In this document: one piece after another, positions 51,244-61,539 of the stretch | How the letters are laid out: every line of letters begins with the position of its first letter | Position numbering within the stretch: the first letter of the stretch is position 1 | Assembly (NCBI GenBank): GCA_963662285.2 | Contig: CAXXMV010000008.1 | Span: forward strand, 928,001-992,000 | Direction of reading: 5' to 3' | Origin: a bacterium | GTDB lineage: Bacteria > Hinthialibacterota > Hinthialibacteria > Hinthialibacterales > Hinthialibacteraceae | Length of the DNA stretch: 64,000 nt | Notes under the pieces: generated by a model | What the model saw: only the letters and a program-made list of their open reading frames with translations | The model's database searches: none | What the model was told of the DNA's origin: nothing | Translations under genes and position numbers: made by a program

Positions 51244-54200
51244 CTAAAAGGTTCTCTCCTGCAACGCCATCCAGGCTTTGATCGGGTAACTACAGGCGCA
51301 TTTGGATGCCCCGTCAGGAATCAAGACCATTCCTCCGGCGGGTATGGCGTTAAACCAGCAGCCTACCCTTATGCCGCCGAAATTTTCAGTATCCGTGGCA
51401 TCACGGCTTAAATCCCAATACCCCAGCGTCGCTGAACGATACAGCAGAAGATTGGAACTTGCGCAAATTTGACCGCAGCCATAAGAACGCTTAAATTTAA
51501 ATGGTTGTGGTTGACCGGTTTTTAATTTCCACGCCCCGCCTTCGGCGTAAATGATATCATCGTTGATCATGGGACGGGTGACGTATTGCGCCTTAATATC
51601 CCACAAGCATTGGCCGTCGAGCATAGAAAAGGCCGCCATTCTTCCTCCTATTTCGGAAGGCAATTCGAAAAAATTGTGTTTCACTGCTTTAAAATTCATC
51701 AGTGCGATTCCGTATTTTTCACTTAGGGCAAGTTGAGTACCATAGATGCCTTGATCTTGACGCCAAAGTATATCGCCGCGCTTGGCATCCAGAGCAATCA
51801 ATTCGCCGAAAGGGTGCTCGCCGAATTTTAATTTGGGGCCATGCTTCTTGACCAAACGCGGATCAGTAATTCGACCTTGATTATCACTTGATGGATTATT
51901 AATTCGATCTTGCTGCGCAATTGGTCGATCAATCAACAAAATTTTTCCATCAGTGACCGCGATTGCGTTATTACGGATGGAATGTTCGGGTTTGTATTGC
52001 CATTTAATCTCTCCGCTATCGACATCCAAACCGAATAATAAGACGGATTCGGTGTAAAGATGGATATTTGAATAACGGGGACTGACTTTATGATCCTGGT
52101 TGGATACTGTGCCAAAAATCATGCCATCGTGGTAGGCCAAATATCCCCATGCCCGGTTCTGGTTATCCTGCTCCAATAAAGGCGTTTTATATTCGCGGAT
52201 CAGTTTTCCGGTGGCTATATCAATGCGAATACATTTATCAGCGTAACATACATAAACGCTGTCATCGCTCAGGCAGTAATTCCCGCCAGTGTCGCCGATG
52301 GCGACATCGTGATGGATTCCATCATAATCTTTGAGAACGCCTTCGATCTCATAGGTCCATAAGCGGCGTCCGTTATAGGCGTCGAGAGCGCAAAGACCGT
52401 TGACGCCTTCTACAACCAGGTATCCCTGATTACTCAACGGCGCCGGTCCCTGTCCGTGGCGATTGGCCAGTTCGAAATCGACGTCACGATACCACAGCGG
52501 GGTAAACGGCGCTCTAACCTCATCAATAGAACAGATGGTATTGGCGGCGTTGGCGTTTTGATGGGTCCACGAACCGTCGCCATCCAAAGCCCCGCGCGTG
52601 TGAACTTTCATTGCTTGGGATGCGCCGATGCATACCTTACCTCCATAGGGACGTTGCAAACGGCGCATTTCCGCAACCGTTTTATCCGATAGATCATGCA
52701 TCAATGAATGAGAGGAGATAACCAGATTAGCGAAACGTCCGGGATAGCCTGAGTTTTCTGGATCGGCATTATGGACCGTAACGCGCGCGCCGTACAAGTT
52801 GGCTCGATCTAATTTCTTTCGCGCTTGGGATGCTTTGTCCGCGTCTGGCTCGACGATGTAGATTTGCAGTTTAGTGCGCTTAGCCATTGCGAGCGCCAGG
52901 TCACCGCTGTCGCCGCCTAGATCGACGCATATACCTTCCGTTACTCCAGTTTTTCGTATGATCTCTTCCGCAGCGGCTTTGTAATCGAACGCTGCGCCTG
53001 AATTATGTTCGATGGTCTTGGCAATATTCTCTGTAATTGGTTGTACCGCATCAGCGCCAAAGCAATATATCCAACCTTGATCCGTACTTACGATCAGCCG
53101 ACCATCAGAGACCGCCAATCCAAGGGCATTTCCTTCAACTGCTATTGATCCAATTTCCGTTTTCGCGTCCAGATGATAAAGGCAAACACGATTTTCTTCA
53201 GCGAGCACAACGGTTGAAGCCGCAACAATAATATCGTTCGCTTCACCTTCCCGCTTGATTTCCATCAATGACTCTAATCCGGTATAGGATATCACTGTTC
53301 CTTTACGGTCGTTCTTTTGTTTCTGTTTCCAATGATGAACCATAAAACGATTGCCCAATGATTGAACCAGCCCTTGCGGAATAGCTGCCAGCACGCCTCC
53401 ACCGTAGCGCTCGGTTGCGGCGCCGTTTTGCATGTCGAACAGGCATCCCGCATTGAGAAAATATCCTCCTGCGGACATAGTTCTCACTCCGCCCCTCCAT
53501 TGGTTCTCTTGCAGATGATAGTATTTAAGTTTCCCCGTATCGCGTTGAAATACGGCTGGCACGGAACGGCCATTGGGAACTATCAAACATTCAACCGTAA
53601 CGGCCATATAACCTTGAGGCGTAACGCCGCTTCTAGCCATGGCGCCAGGGTGAGGCTGAGGCATCATCAGGCAGCCCGCTTGATCGTTACGCCAGATTTC
53701 CTCGCCCGTTGCTGCATTCAACGCCAGGATGAAAATTCCATCGTTAGGCCAAATCCCCGCACTGCAATATACGATATCATCATAAACCACCGGGCCGCCC
53801 CGCATGGGCCAATGGGAAATCATCCGGTCGTTGCCTAAACACTTATAATCGTTCGGGCCGCCGCGTACTTTCCATAACAGACGCCCATCTGTTATTTTGA
53901 TGGCGTATAGCCATCCATCATCGCTGCCTGCAAATATCCGGTCGCGCCAGGCAACCGGAGCAAAACGCACTGGACCTTCAGTGAAGAAGGTCCAAAGTTC
54001 GACACCGGTTTTCAAGTCGATAGCCCTGATTTGATCATCCGATGAACTGCCAAAAATTACTGTATTTTGAACTATGACAGGATGGAATGCATCATCAATG
54101 CGCATCCGGTTCAAATCACGGTCGCCAGGCATTTTGGGCATCTCACCCGAAAAAAGTTCGTCATTTGGCCAAGCCGGTTTGGGAGCATGAGTCGACTTGT

Positions 54201-54354
54201 ATATCCAATTCAATGATAAGTTATGCGGGATAGTTTCCTTGGTATATCCATCCCGCTCTGGATTAGCGCGATACATGGGCCAATCAGCTCTGCTGGTAAT
54301 AGCGGATGCTACCCAAGCGATGAGTATTACATTTATATAAATACTTTTTTTCAT
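51244..54354 (-). CDS. PQQ-binding-like beta-propeller repeat protein with central SAM-methyltransferase-like domain
   Basis: Signal peptide then DWPMYRAN; repeated A.D..TG..LW; central GICVDLGG segment; RSYGCG and RVGCW..PAGG C-terminus. Confidence 0.82.
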   Translation of the reverse strand: MKKSIYINVILIAWVASAITSRADWPMYRANPERDGYTKETIPHNLSLNWIYKSTHAPKPAWPNDELFSGEMPKMPGDRDLNRMRIDDAFHPVIVQNTVIFGSSSDDQIRAIDLKTGVELWTFFTEGPVRFAPVAWRDRIFAGSDDGWLYAIKITDGRLLWKVRGGPNDYKCLGNDRMISHWPMRGGPVVYDDIVYCSAGIWPNDGIFILALNAATGEEIWRNDQAGCLMMPQPHPGAMARSGVTPQGYMAVTVECLIVPNGRSVPAVFQRDTGKLKYYHLQENQWRGGVRTMSAGGYFLNAGCLFDMQNGAATERYGGGVLAAIPQGLVQSLGNRFMVHHWKQKQKNDRKGTVISYTGLESLMEIKREGEANDIIVAASTVVLAEENRVCLYHLDAKTEIGSIAVEGNALGLAVSDGRLIVSTDQGWIYCFGADAVQPITENIAKTIEHNSGAAFDYKAAAEEIIRKTGVTEGICVDLGGDSGDLALAMAKRTKLQIYIVEPDADKASQARKKLDRANLYGARVTVHNADPENSGYPGRFANLVISSHSLMHDLSDKTVAEMRRLQRPYGGKVCIGASQAMKVHTRGALDGDGSWTHQNANAANTICSIDEVRAPFTPLWYRDVDFELANRHGQGPAPLSNQGYLVVEGVNGLCALDAYNGRRLWTYEIEGVLKDYDGIHHDVAIGDTGGNYCLSDDSVYVCYADKCIRIDIATGKLIREYKTPLLEQDNQNRAWGYLAYHDGMIFGTVSNQDHKVSPRYSNIHLYTESVLLFGLDVDSGEIKWQYKPEHSIRNNAIAVTDGKILLIDRPIAQQDRINNPSSDNQGRITDPRLVKKHGPKLKFGEHPFGELIALDAKRGDILWRQDQGIYGTQLALSEKYGIALMNFKAVKHNFFELPSEIGGRMAAFSMLDGQCLWDIKAQYVTRPMINDDIIYAEGGAWKLKTGQPQPFKFKRSYGCGQICASSNLLLYRSATLGYWDLSRDATDTENFGGIRVGCWFNAIPAGGMVLIPDGASKCACSYPIKAWMALQERTF

Positions 54355-54477
54355 ATTTTCGAATCTCCACGTTTATCCAAGTATGCAATAATCAAAGGCT
54401 ATCATACCACTGAGAACAGGAAAAGCCCGGTATTATTGCAATTTAACACAATAAATGAAATTAAAAGGAGGCTATCT

Positions 54478-54519
54478 TCAACCCTCTCCTAGCCTCTCCC
54501 AATCTTGGGAGAGGAATGT
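54478..54519 (+). repeat. REP-D copy, near-identical to 26186-26227
   Basis: Direct comparison, 40 of 42 identical. Confidence 0.85.
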
Positions 54520-54605
54520 ATGCTTCATTATGAGAATTATGCAAACCTCTCCAGCGTCAGCTCTATCTGTGAGAGAGTAGTGGTGTTAGAATTCAACAAA
54601 ACTAT

Positions 54606-55208
54606 ATGGACAATAACATAACCAATATGTCTGAATCTATCGGCGAAGTAATTGTTACCAATACCAGCGAAATTATCGGGCAATGCCACCGGGGCGTTCC
54701 GACATTTGAGTATGGCAGTTTCATTATGGCTGGAAAGACGGCGCAATGCGTTGGCGTGGTTTATAACGTTGAAACTGCCAGCGTTGACCCTAACCGGCGG
54801 GCCACTGCTATCGAAGTTGATGAAGACAACCTGGACGCGGTTCATCCCCATCTCAAAGCGCTGCTGCGCAATCAGTTCTATGCGCTGTTGATCGGTACTA
54901 TGAAAGACGGCAAATTCCAATACGGCCTGCCGCCTACGCCGCCGGGGCTTCATGCTCAAGTAGTTCCCTGCTCTGACGACGACATACGCGAACTACGTAA
55001 GCAACCCGGTTTTCTACGCATTATTCACGATTCGGGCAAGTCATCATCTGAAGAGTTGATCCTGAATTGCTGCCGACATTTGTTATATAGTTTTGAACGC
55101 AGTGAAAAAGCATTATCCATCGGCAAAGCCCTGTCAGACATCTACCGCGACGACTACGACGCGCTGCGGCGCATAATAAATCGATTGGAATCATGGCAAA
55201 ACGCATAG
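54606..55208 (+). CDS. HAS-barrel domain protein
   Basis: IGEVI..PTFEYGSF..GVVYNV.T.SVDPNRR..LPPTPP.LH; overlaps the herA start. Confidence 0.75.
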   Translation: MDNNITNMSESIGEVIVTNTSEIIGQCHRGVPTFEYGSFIMAGKTAQCVGVVYNVETASVDPNRRATAIEVDEDNLDAVHPHLKALLRNQFYALLIGTMKDGKFQYGLPPTPPGLHAQVVPCSDDDIRELRKQPGFLRIIHDSGKSSSEELILNCCRHLLYSFERSEKALSIGKALSDIYRDDYDALRRIINRLESWQNA

Positions 55209-56950
55209 ACGATATAAAATCTCTTGGTGTTATAACATCCGGTTCCCTGGCTGAAGGCTTGGAGATGCGTCTCGATCCTTCCTATTCAGTGGAACAGGTT
55301 CGCGCTGGAAAATTCGTGGTTGTCGAAGGAAGTGAATTCGATTTCTTCTGCATGATAACCGACGTAATGCTTGATGCCTCATCGGCCTCGATTCTGCGCG
55401 ACCCGCCGCCGCGCTCTTCGCTGTTGAGCGACGTGCTGGCTGGCGACCATACCTATGCCACCGTATCGCTCAAACCGATGTTAATGCTGGAACGCAAAAT
55501 CGCAGAGAAGGATTTCGACCGAGAAGAAGATCTGCGCCCGGTTAAAAGCATCCCGGCTCATTTTTCTCCGGTGCGCGAAGCGAGCAATGCGGATATCGCC
55601 AAAGTCTTCGGCGAGGAAGAAAAGAAGCGTTATTTCAATCTGGGAACCCCGTTGGATATGGATAACGTCGACGTCTGTCTTGACCTGGACCGTTTCATTG
55701 AACGATCCAACGGAATCTTCGGCAAAACCGGCACGGGCAAAACCTTCCTGACCCGTCTGGTGCTGGCCGGTATGATCCGCAGCAATAAGGCGGTCAACCT
55801 GATCTTTGACATGCATAGCGAATATGGCTGGGAAACACGTTCTGAATCGGGCGCCGGTAAAGATTCATTCGTTAAGGGTCTGAAGAATATCTTCCAAGAA
55901 AAAGTCTTGATCTGCACGCTTGATCCTGAATCGGCCAGTCAGAGGAATGTGGGCGTTGATTTTGAGATCGAGATTCCACTTAACTCGATTGAAGTGGAAG
56001 ATATCGAACCGCTGCAAGATGAACTGAAACTGCACCCCACCGCTATTGAAACCGCCTATATCCTGCGCAACCGTTTTGGCAAGAGCTGGCTGCAACGCCT
56101 GATCGAGCAGGACGCGGCTGACCTTAAAGACTGGGCTGATGAAATCGGCGCCAACAAAGAGAGCCTGGCCGCGCTATACCGCAAACTGGGCAAGATCAAA
56201 AACCTTAAGTTTGTGGTTGAAAAAAGCGAAAAGCAGATCGAAGGCGCATCATCCAACAAAGCCTCAATCAATAAACTGGTGCAGGAACTGCGCTCCGGCA
56301 AGCATATCGATCTGGAGTTCGGGCGGGTATCCAACATGCTGGCTTATCTGCTGGTGGCTAACCTGATCAGCCGCCGCATCCATCAGGCATGGGTCGATGA
56401 CGCCGAAAAATATATGTCTACCCAAAAACTGGAAGATAGACCGCGACCCTTGATGATTACCATCGAAGAAGCCCATAAGTTCCTGAATCCCTCAGCGGCG
56501 CGTCAGACCATATTCGGAACCATCGCCCGCGAATTGCGCAAGTATTTCGTCTCGCTGCTGGTGGTCGATCAACGGCCATCCGGCATTGATGATGAGATCA
56601 TATCGCAGTTGGGCACGCGCATTACATCGCTGCTCAACGACGAGAAGGATATCCAGGCCGTCTTCACCGGAGTCTCCGGCGCTTCGGCGCTGCGCAACGT
56701 TCTGGCTTCGCTTGATTCCAAGCAACAGGCGCTGATTCTGGGACACGCCACGCCTATGCCTATCGTAGTAAAAACCCGGTTCTATGGACCGGATTTCTAC
56801 GCCGCTATGGGAATGCAATCCAAAGAAGAAAAAGCCGAAAGCAGCGCGAAGATAACATCACTCTTTCCACCGGGAATAATTTATCCCCAATCACCCTTAT
56901 TAAATATATCCTCATGTGATAAATTGGATATTCTGAAAAGAATCTTGTGA
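55193..56950 (+). CDS. herA: HerA-family DNA translocase/helicase ATPase
   Basis: N-terminal HAS barrel; Walker A GKTGTGKT; FDMHSEYG; Walker B IEEAH; DQRPS; true stop may be 56877-56879 if one G is spurious. Confidence 0.85.
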   Translation: MAKRIDDIKSLGVITSGSLAEGLEMRLDPSYSVEQVRAGKFVVVEGSEFDFFCMITDVMLDASSASILRDPPPRSSLLSDVLAGDHTYATVSLKPMLMLERKIAEKDFDREEDLRPVKSIPAHFSPVREASNADIAKVFGEEEKKRYFNLGTPLDMDNVDVCLDLDRFIERSNGIFGKTGTGKTFLTRLVLAGMIRSNKAVNLIFDMHSEYGWETRSESGAGKDSFVKGLKNIFQEKVLICTLDPESASQRNVGVDFEIEIPLNSIEVEDIEPLQDELKLHPTAIETAYILRNRFGKSWLQRLIEQDAADLKDWADEIGANKESLAALYRKLGKIKNLKFVVEKSEKQIEGASSNKASINKLVQELRSGKHIDLEFGRVSNMLAYLLVANLISRRIHQAWVDDAEKYMSTQKLEDRPRPLMITIEEAHKFLNPSAARQTIFGTIARELRKYFVSLLVVDQRPSGIDDEIISQLGTRITSLLNDEKDIQAVFTGVSGASALRNVLASLDSKQQALILGHATPMPIVVKTRFYGPDFYAAMGMQSKEEKAESSAKITSLFPPGIIYPQSPLLNISSCDKLDILKRIL

Positions 56951-56976
56951 ATTTCACAATGCTACAGGAGGATATT

Positions 56977-58424
56977 ATGCAAAAATTTGTATTTCTAATG
57001 TTGGTCAGCCTTTTATTCATTTCATTTACGTCTTCTCCTTATTGCGCAACTCTCATCGTAAAACAAGATGGTTCGGGCGATGCAAGCACTATCCAGGCGG
57101 CGTTTAATGCAGCCGGCGGATGGCGATATAATCGAGATCGGCGACGATGGAACATACAATGAAGATGTAACCGTCAGCCCCTTTCTAGCTGCGGTGGGGC
57201 ATCCCCGCCGCCCCTCTGGTCTCATTCACTCTGCAAGCCGCGGAAGGCAAGCATCCGGTGATTCAAGCGGCTAATGCAGAGTCATCCCAACGCATGAGCG
57301 CATTAGGCGTACCCGGGCGCGACATGCTGGGATTCAGCATCTGGGGATGTCAACATGTTGTTGTAAAAGGCCTGGAAATCGCCAATTTCGAAAATGTAGT
57401 CAATGAGTTCGGCGTCCAGTCATCATTGGTTATTGCTGATTGCGATGATGTCATTATTGAGGATTGCACAATCCGCGGCCCCAATGAACGATCAGCAGGC
57501 GAAGGCAATGCCATTCTCATTGCCGGCGTACAGGCCAATCCATTCCGCGCGGATAATATAACTGTCCGCAATTGCCTGATTACAGAATCGCATTACGGCA
57601 TCATATCAGCCATGTTCCAAAAAGGCTCTGGAGTCGACCCGATCAATGTAACCATCGAGGATTGCCAGTTTATCAATGGTTTTGAATCGGGCGTAGACGT
57701 CGACAACGCCGAAAACATGGTTATCCGCAATTGCCTGTTTGATAATTATCACCACGGCATTCATTTCGCTGGAGGCAGTTCGCTGGTGGAAGATTGCATA
57801 ATCAAGAACTCAAAGGGAGAAGGGCTGGAGTGTCAGGTTGATACCAACTGGAACGAATCCATAACCAACGTTATCGTGCTCCGCTGCGCCATCCTCGGCA
57901 ACGGATTAGAGACGGATGATGCTCCAGGCGTGGAATGCACCGATGGACCGTTACTGTTTGAGAACTGCATAATCGCAGGCAACACCGGACCGGGCATTAA
58001 AGTTGCTACCGACTCAAACTCCGCGGTTAACGCAGTATTCGACCATTGCGATATATATGAAAACTATGGCTTGGCGGAAATCATGATTTTCGGCGGAGGG
58101 GATCAGACCGCTAAACTGACCGTAACCAACAGCAACATTGTCAGTTCCGGCGGCGGCTTCGAGAATGAGTTGGATCCATCAGTGGTCACCGCGCATCATA
58201 ACAATGTCGCCGTATCCTTCGACGCCTATTACAATGTAGACGCCACTGACAGCGTCGCCAATGATCCCCTGTATGAATCACCCACCAACAATCCGGATGA
58301 TTTCTCGTGGGATGGCTTCAAACTTAAAACCGGCTCACCATCGTTGAACGCTGGTGAAGATGGATCGACTATTGGATATACCGGGTCGTCTGTGACATTG
58401 ATTAATGCTTGGGAGATATTTTAG
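56977..58424 (+). pseudogene. Secreted right-handed parallel beta-helix (pectin-lyase-like) protein, apparently frameshifted twice
   Basis: AGGAGG RBS + signal peptide; VKQDGSGDASTIQAA continues in +1 frame (ADGDIIEIGDDGTYNE) at ~57115 and again +1 (IPAAPLVSFTLQAA) at ~57197; beta-helix repeats; ends TLINAWEIF. Confidence 0.75.
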
Positions 58425-58438
58425 ATTAGGCGGCTTGT

Positions 58439-58513
58439 GGTGGGCTACGCTTCGCTTTTAGCCCACCCTACCTGCCACTCACAGGCGCCAAGGCGAATCT
58501 AACCCTTGGCGCC
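58439..58513. repeat. REP-C hairpin plus palindrome of two REP-A feet
   Basis: GGTGGGCTA..TAGCCCACCCTAC at 58439-58471; GGCGCCAAGG..CCTTGGCGCC at 58484-58513. Confidence 0.75.
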
Positions 58514-58543
58514 AGAAAAATTATATTAATAGAGAAAAAATTA

Positions 58544-58870
58544 ATGGACATTGTAACCTGGACGCCTTTTCAATCAGAAGAAACCAAACAAATATACGCT
58601 CACATGACGGATGATGAAAAGAAACGCGGCATGATTCGTGGATGCTGTTTTGGTTTATGGGTTGGATTATTTCTTACTCCTCTGGCTAATGAGTACATCA
58701 TAAGAAATTTAAATATATCAACGACGACAGCAATCGTCTTCATCATTTTAAACATTATATTCATCCCATCATGGTTCAAGAGTCAAAAAAGGTTTTTATG
58801 CTCCACGAAATGGGCTAAATCTCAAGGTTACAACTCTGATCAAATCGCATTGTACAAATTCAGAAAATAA
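58544..58870 (+). CDS. Small hypothetical membrane protein (2 TM)
   Basis: 108-aa AT-rich ORF with two hydrophobic segments. Confidence 0.65.
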   Translation: MDIVTWTPFQSEETKQIYAHMTDDEKKRGMIRGCCFGLWVGLFLTPLANEYIIRNLNISTTTAIVFIILNIIFIPSWFKSQKRFLCSTKWAKSQGYNSDQIALYKFRK

Positions 58871-58908
58871 CAATACCCACCCAATATTATTGATTAATTG
58901 CATGATCC

Positions 58909-58951
58909 GGTGGGTCATAAAGCGCGACCCACCCTACGGGGCTTGGCGCCC
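58909..58951. repeat. REP-C hairpin plus REP-A foot
   Basis: GGTGGGTC..GACCCACCCTACG then CTTGGCGCCC. Confidence 0.75.
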
Positions 58952-58969
58952 ATCTTATATATAAAGTCA

Positions 58970-60388
58970 CTAGCAATTCGGTAGATACGCTCCGATTTTT
59001 TTTAGGCGTTGCTGCAAATTCTTGATCGAAATACTGCGGGTGTCTGTTTTGTTTTCGATAGCCATGGCGGCGGCCATAGCTGTTGCCTGTCCAGTGATGA
59101 AACACCCCGGCATCACCCGGAGAGAACCTTGCATATAACGGTCGGTACTGACGCACCGCCCGGCAACCAATACGTTCGATAATTTCAACGGCGTCAATGA
59201 GCGGTAGGGAATCCCGTAACTTTCGCCTTTACCATATCGAAGATTCTTGAAATCCTGGGCATATTTTTTATAATCGTTATCGCCCGGTTTGGCGGCATGG
59301 ATATCAACCGGATATGAATAGCGTCCAATTTCATCATCAAACACGGCCCGCGTCTTGAAATCATTCAAATTCAAAACATAATCGCCCATGATGCGCCGGG
59401 TTTCACGGATGCCCAGCATTGACCCCATGGTAACCAGTTCCATATCAGAAAAACCTTCGAGGTACTCTTTGTAATAACGCTCGTATTCAAGAATCATTTT
59501 ACGCGCCCAAAGCAGGGCTTTAGTAACCGAACGTTCGTCGGAACCATCCACGCCGAATGTATGCCCGATATTGCCGCCGCCCAGGTGTTTTCCAATTCTC
59601 CACATCCCGGGCAGATGCCGGTCTTCCTGGCTGAAAACACCATCCGCAATTGCTTTGGGTAAGAGGGCTTCCTGTTTATGCATCCCAAATTTACGCGCTT
59701 TATCCCAATCGATATCAGCCCAGACGCTGCACAGCGTCCCGGCCATCATATTGCCCTCTTCATCACCTTTTTCAAAAGGCGCTCCCGACCAGACGGCCAG
59801 GTCGCCATCCCCCGTGCAATCAATAAACATCTTGGCTTTGACGGCGAAAATTCCGCTTTTGGCCGCCAGAATAGCGCATTGGGTTTGATCGCCATCAGTT
59901 TGAACATCGATCAACCTGGTTTCAAAAGTGAAATCGACTTTGGCCTCCAGCATCATTTCATCGTATAACCGCTTGAGGACTTCCGCTTTGATCGTCACGT
60001 TGCTATCCGGACCGTTGCCGCCTTTTTTATTCAATCGTTTTGCAATTTCTTGTCCGATTCCACCAGCCAGAAAATTCTCTCCATCGGTAAATTGCATAAA
60101 AAGCGGCAAGAGACCTCCCGTCCCCATTCCCCCGAAAGAATTCTGCCGTTCAGCCACAAAAACCGTCTTATTCTGGCGGGCCGCCGTGATGGCCGCTGCA
60201 ACACCGGACGGCCCTCCTCCAGCAACAAACACATCCACTTCATGCCGGATAGGAATTGTTCTTTGGATGGTGATGCTTTTCTGATTTGACAAATTACCGG
60301 CATTGGCTTGTACGCCGGGCGCCATCAATCCACTCACGCTTGTTGCGGCCAACGATTTAATAACAAAATCACGACGATTCAGCGACAT
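58970..60388 (-). CDS. Tat-exported FAD-dependent oxidoreductase (FAD_oxidored family)
   Basis: NRRDFV; VAGGGPSG; IDCTGDGDL; GIRETRRI.G; IPYRSL.P; VAGRC. Confidence 0.9.
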   Translation of the reverse strand: MSLNRRDFVIKSLAATSVSGLMAPGVQANAGNLSNQKSITIQRTIPIRHEVDVFVAGGGPSGVAAAITAARQNKTVFVAERQNSFGGMGTGGLLPLFMQFTDGENFLAGGIGQEIAKRLNKKGGNGPDSNVTIKAEVLKRLYDEMMLEAKVDFTFETRLIDVQTDGDQTQCAILAAKSGIFAVKAKMFIDCTGDGDLAVWSGAPFEKGDEEGNMMAGTLCSVWADIDWDKARKFGMHKQEALLPKAIADGVFSQEDRHLPGMWRIGKHLGGGNIGHTFGVDGSDERSVTKALLWARKMILEYERYYKEYLEGFSDMELVTMGSMLGIRETRRIMGDYVLNLNDFKTRAVFDDEIGRYSYPVDIHAAKPGDNDYKKYAQDFKNLRYGKGESYGIPYRSLTPLKLSNVLVAGRCVSTDRYMQGSLRVMPGCFITGQATAMAAAMAIENKTDTRSISIKNLQQRLKKIGAYLPNC

Positions 60389-60540
60389 GGTAATCCTCCA
60401 TCATAGAGTTATCTCAATAGGCAATAGCCATAAAACCAAGATAACCCGGTAGAATAGATAATCTAGCCTAATTTCATTTTTATTTCCGATTTGATCATAA
60501 AATATTATGGTTTTTCACTTAATTTGTTTTATAGAATAGT

Positions 60541-60694
60541 CCCATTGGTTTTGTTTATCAAATATCGTAGGTGATCGCATCAAGGGCTGACCGCATTGCG
60601 GTCTTGCCCTTGGCGCCCGTGTACCATCGCTTTGGTCTATCCAATATCATGGGTGATCGCATCAAGGGCAGAAAGAACGCTGCCCTTGCCACCC
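60541..60694 (+). repeat. Degenerate tandem duplication (period 82 bp) of flank + REP-A hairpin
   Basis: 60541-60578 vs 60623-60660 match at 30 of 38 positions, each followed by ATCAAGGGC..GCCCTTG. Confidence 0.8.
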
Positions 60695-60843
60695 TCCACT
60701 ATCCGCTAGTTTCTATAAAATTGATTTGCCAAAAACCATAATTCATGCTATACATACTTAAGTAAAGGATATCCCATATCCGATGATTCATCGTATCTCT
60801 GGGAGCAGACAATCGAAAGAATAATTTTATATAGGTTATTACC

Positions 60844-61341
60844 ATGTTCCCATTCAAGAAAAAGAAAAACCGATTAAGTCCTCAGCAGGAAAAAGCTGAA
60901 CAAGAAGCCATAAATATCTTGAACCGTGCAATCAAAATGCTGGAAAAAGACCCGCGGAATGCAGAAGAAGCAAAGCGTTTGCGTTTCGAGGTTACTAATG
61001 ATCTGTTGCCCAAGAACAAGATGTATATCATTGGCAAACATCCCCGCAGCCTGCTTAAAGAGTTGGATATAACCATCCAACACGCCTATTTCAAGCAGAT
61101 TACCAATAATGGCCAATTGCATAAAGACGAAGTTCCTGTAGTTCTAAGCGCAGCAACCCAAAAAGCATGCGATTGGTGGACCAACCGGTATGGAACATTA
61201 AAAAAGAATACTCAATATAAATTATATTGGACTATCGGCATTTTCCTGGTTTTAACAGTCTTTATAGTGATACTGTTATTCCTGATGGGATCGCTAGGGG
61301 GCAATAGTTCATATACTAACTCTTTCAAGTGGATGTCATAA
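60844..61341 (+). CDS. Hypothetical protein with C-terminal TM helix
   Basis: 165-aa ORF; TTGCCA-17-TATACA promoter-like sequence at 60726-60754. Confidence 0.65.
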   Translation: MFPFKKKKNRLSPQQEKAEQEAINILNRAIKMLEKDPRNAEEAKRLRFEVTNDLLPKNKMYIIGKHPRSLLKELDITIQHAYFKQITNNGQLHKDEVPVVLSAATQKACDWWTNRYGTLKKNTQYKLYWTIGIFLVLTVFIVILLFLMGSLGGNSSYTNSFKWMS

Positions 61342-61539
61342 AAACAAGTAATAATTCAAGAAGAATAATCTAAACAACCAAAACCTCAAAAACCTTTGCA
61401 CTTAATACTTTCAAGACTCATTCAGTTAAGTTAAATACAATCGGGTATATAGCAGAAGGATAAATTCCTATTGACATTTGACTAAGAAGATAGATAAAAT
61501 TGATTTCACCATAGATCGACGATTTGCGAGGGAACAATC

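Noticed and set aside
58439-58951. Integron cassette with attC sites
   Set aside because: No clear RYYYAAC/GTTRRRY boxes and no integrase; hairpins match REP-like families.
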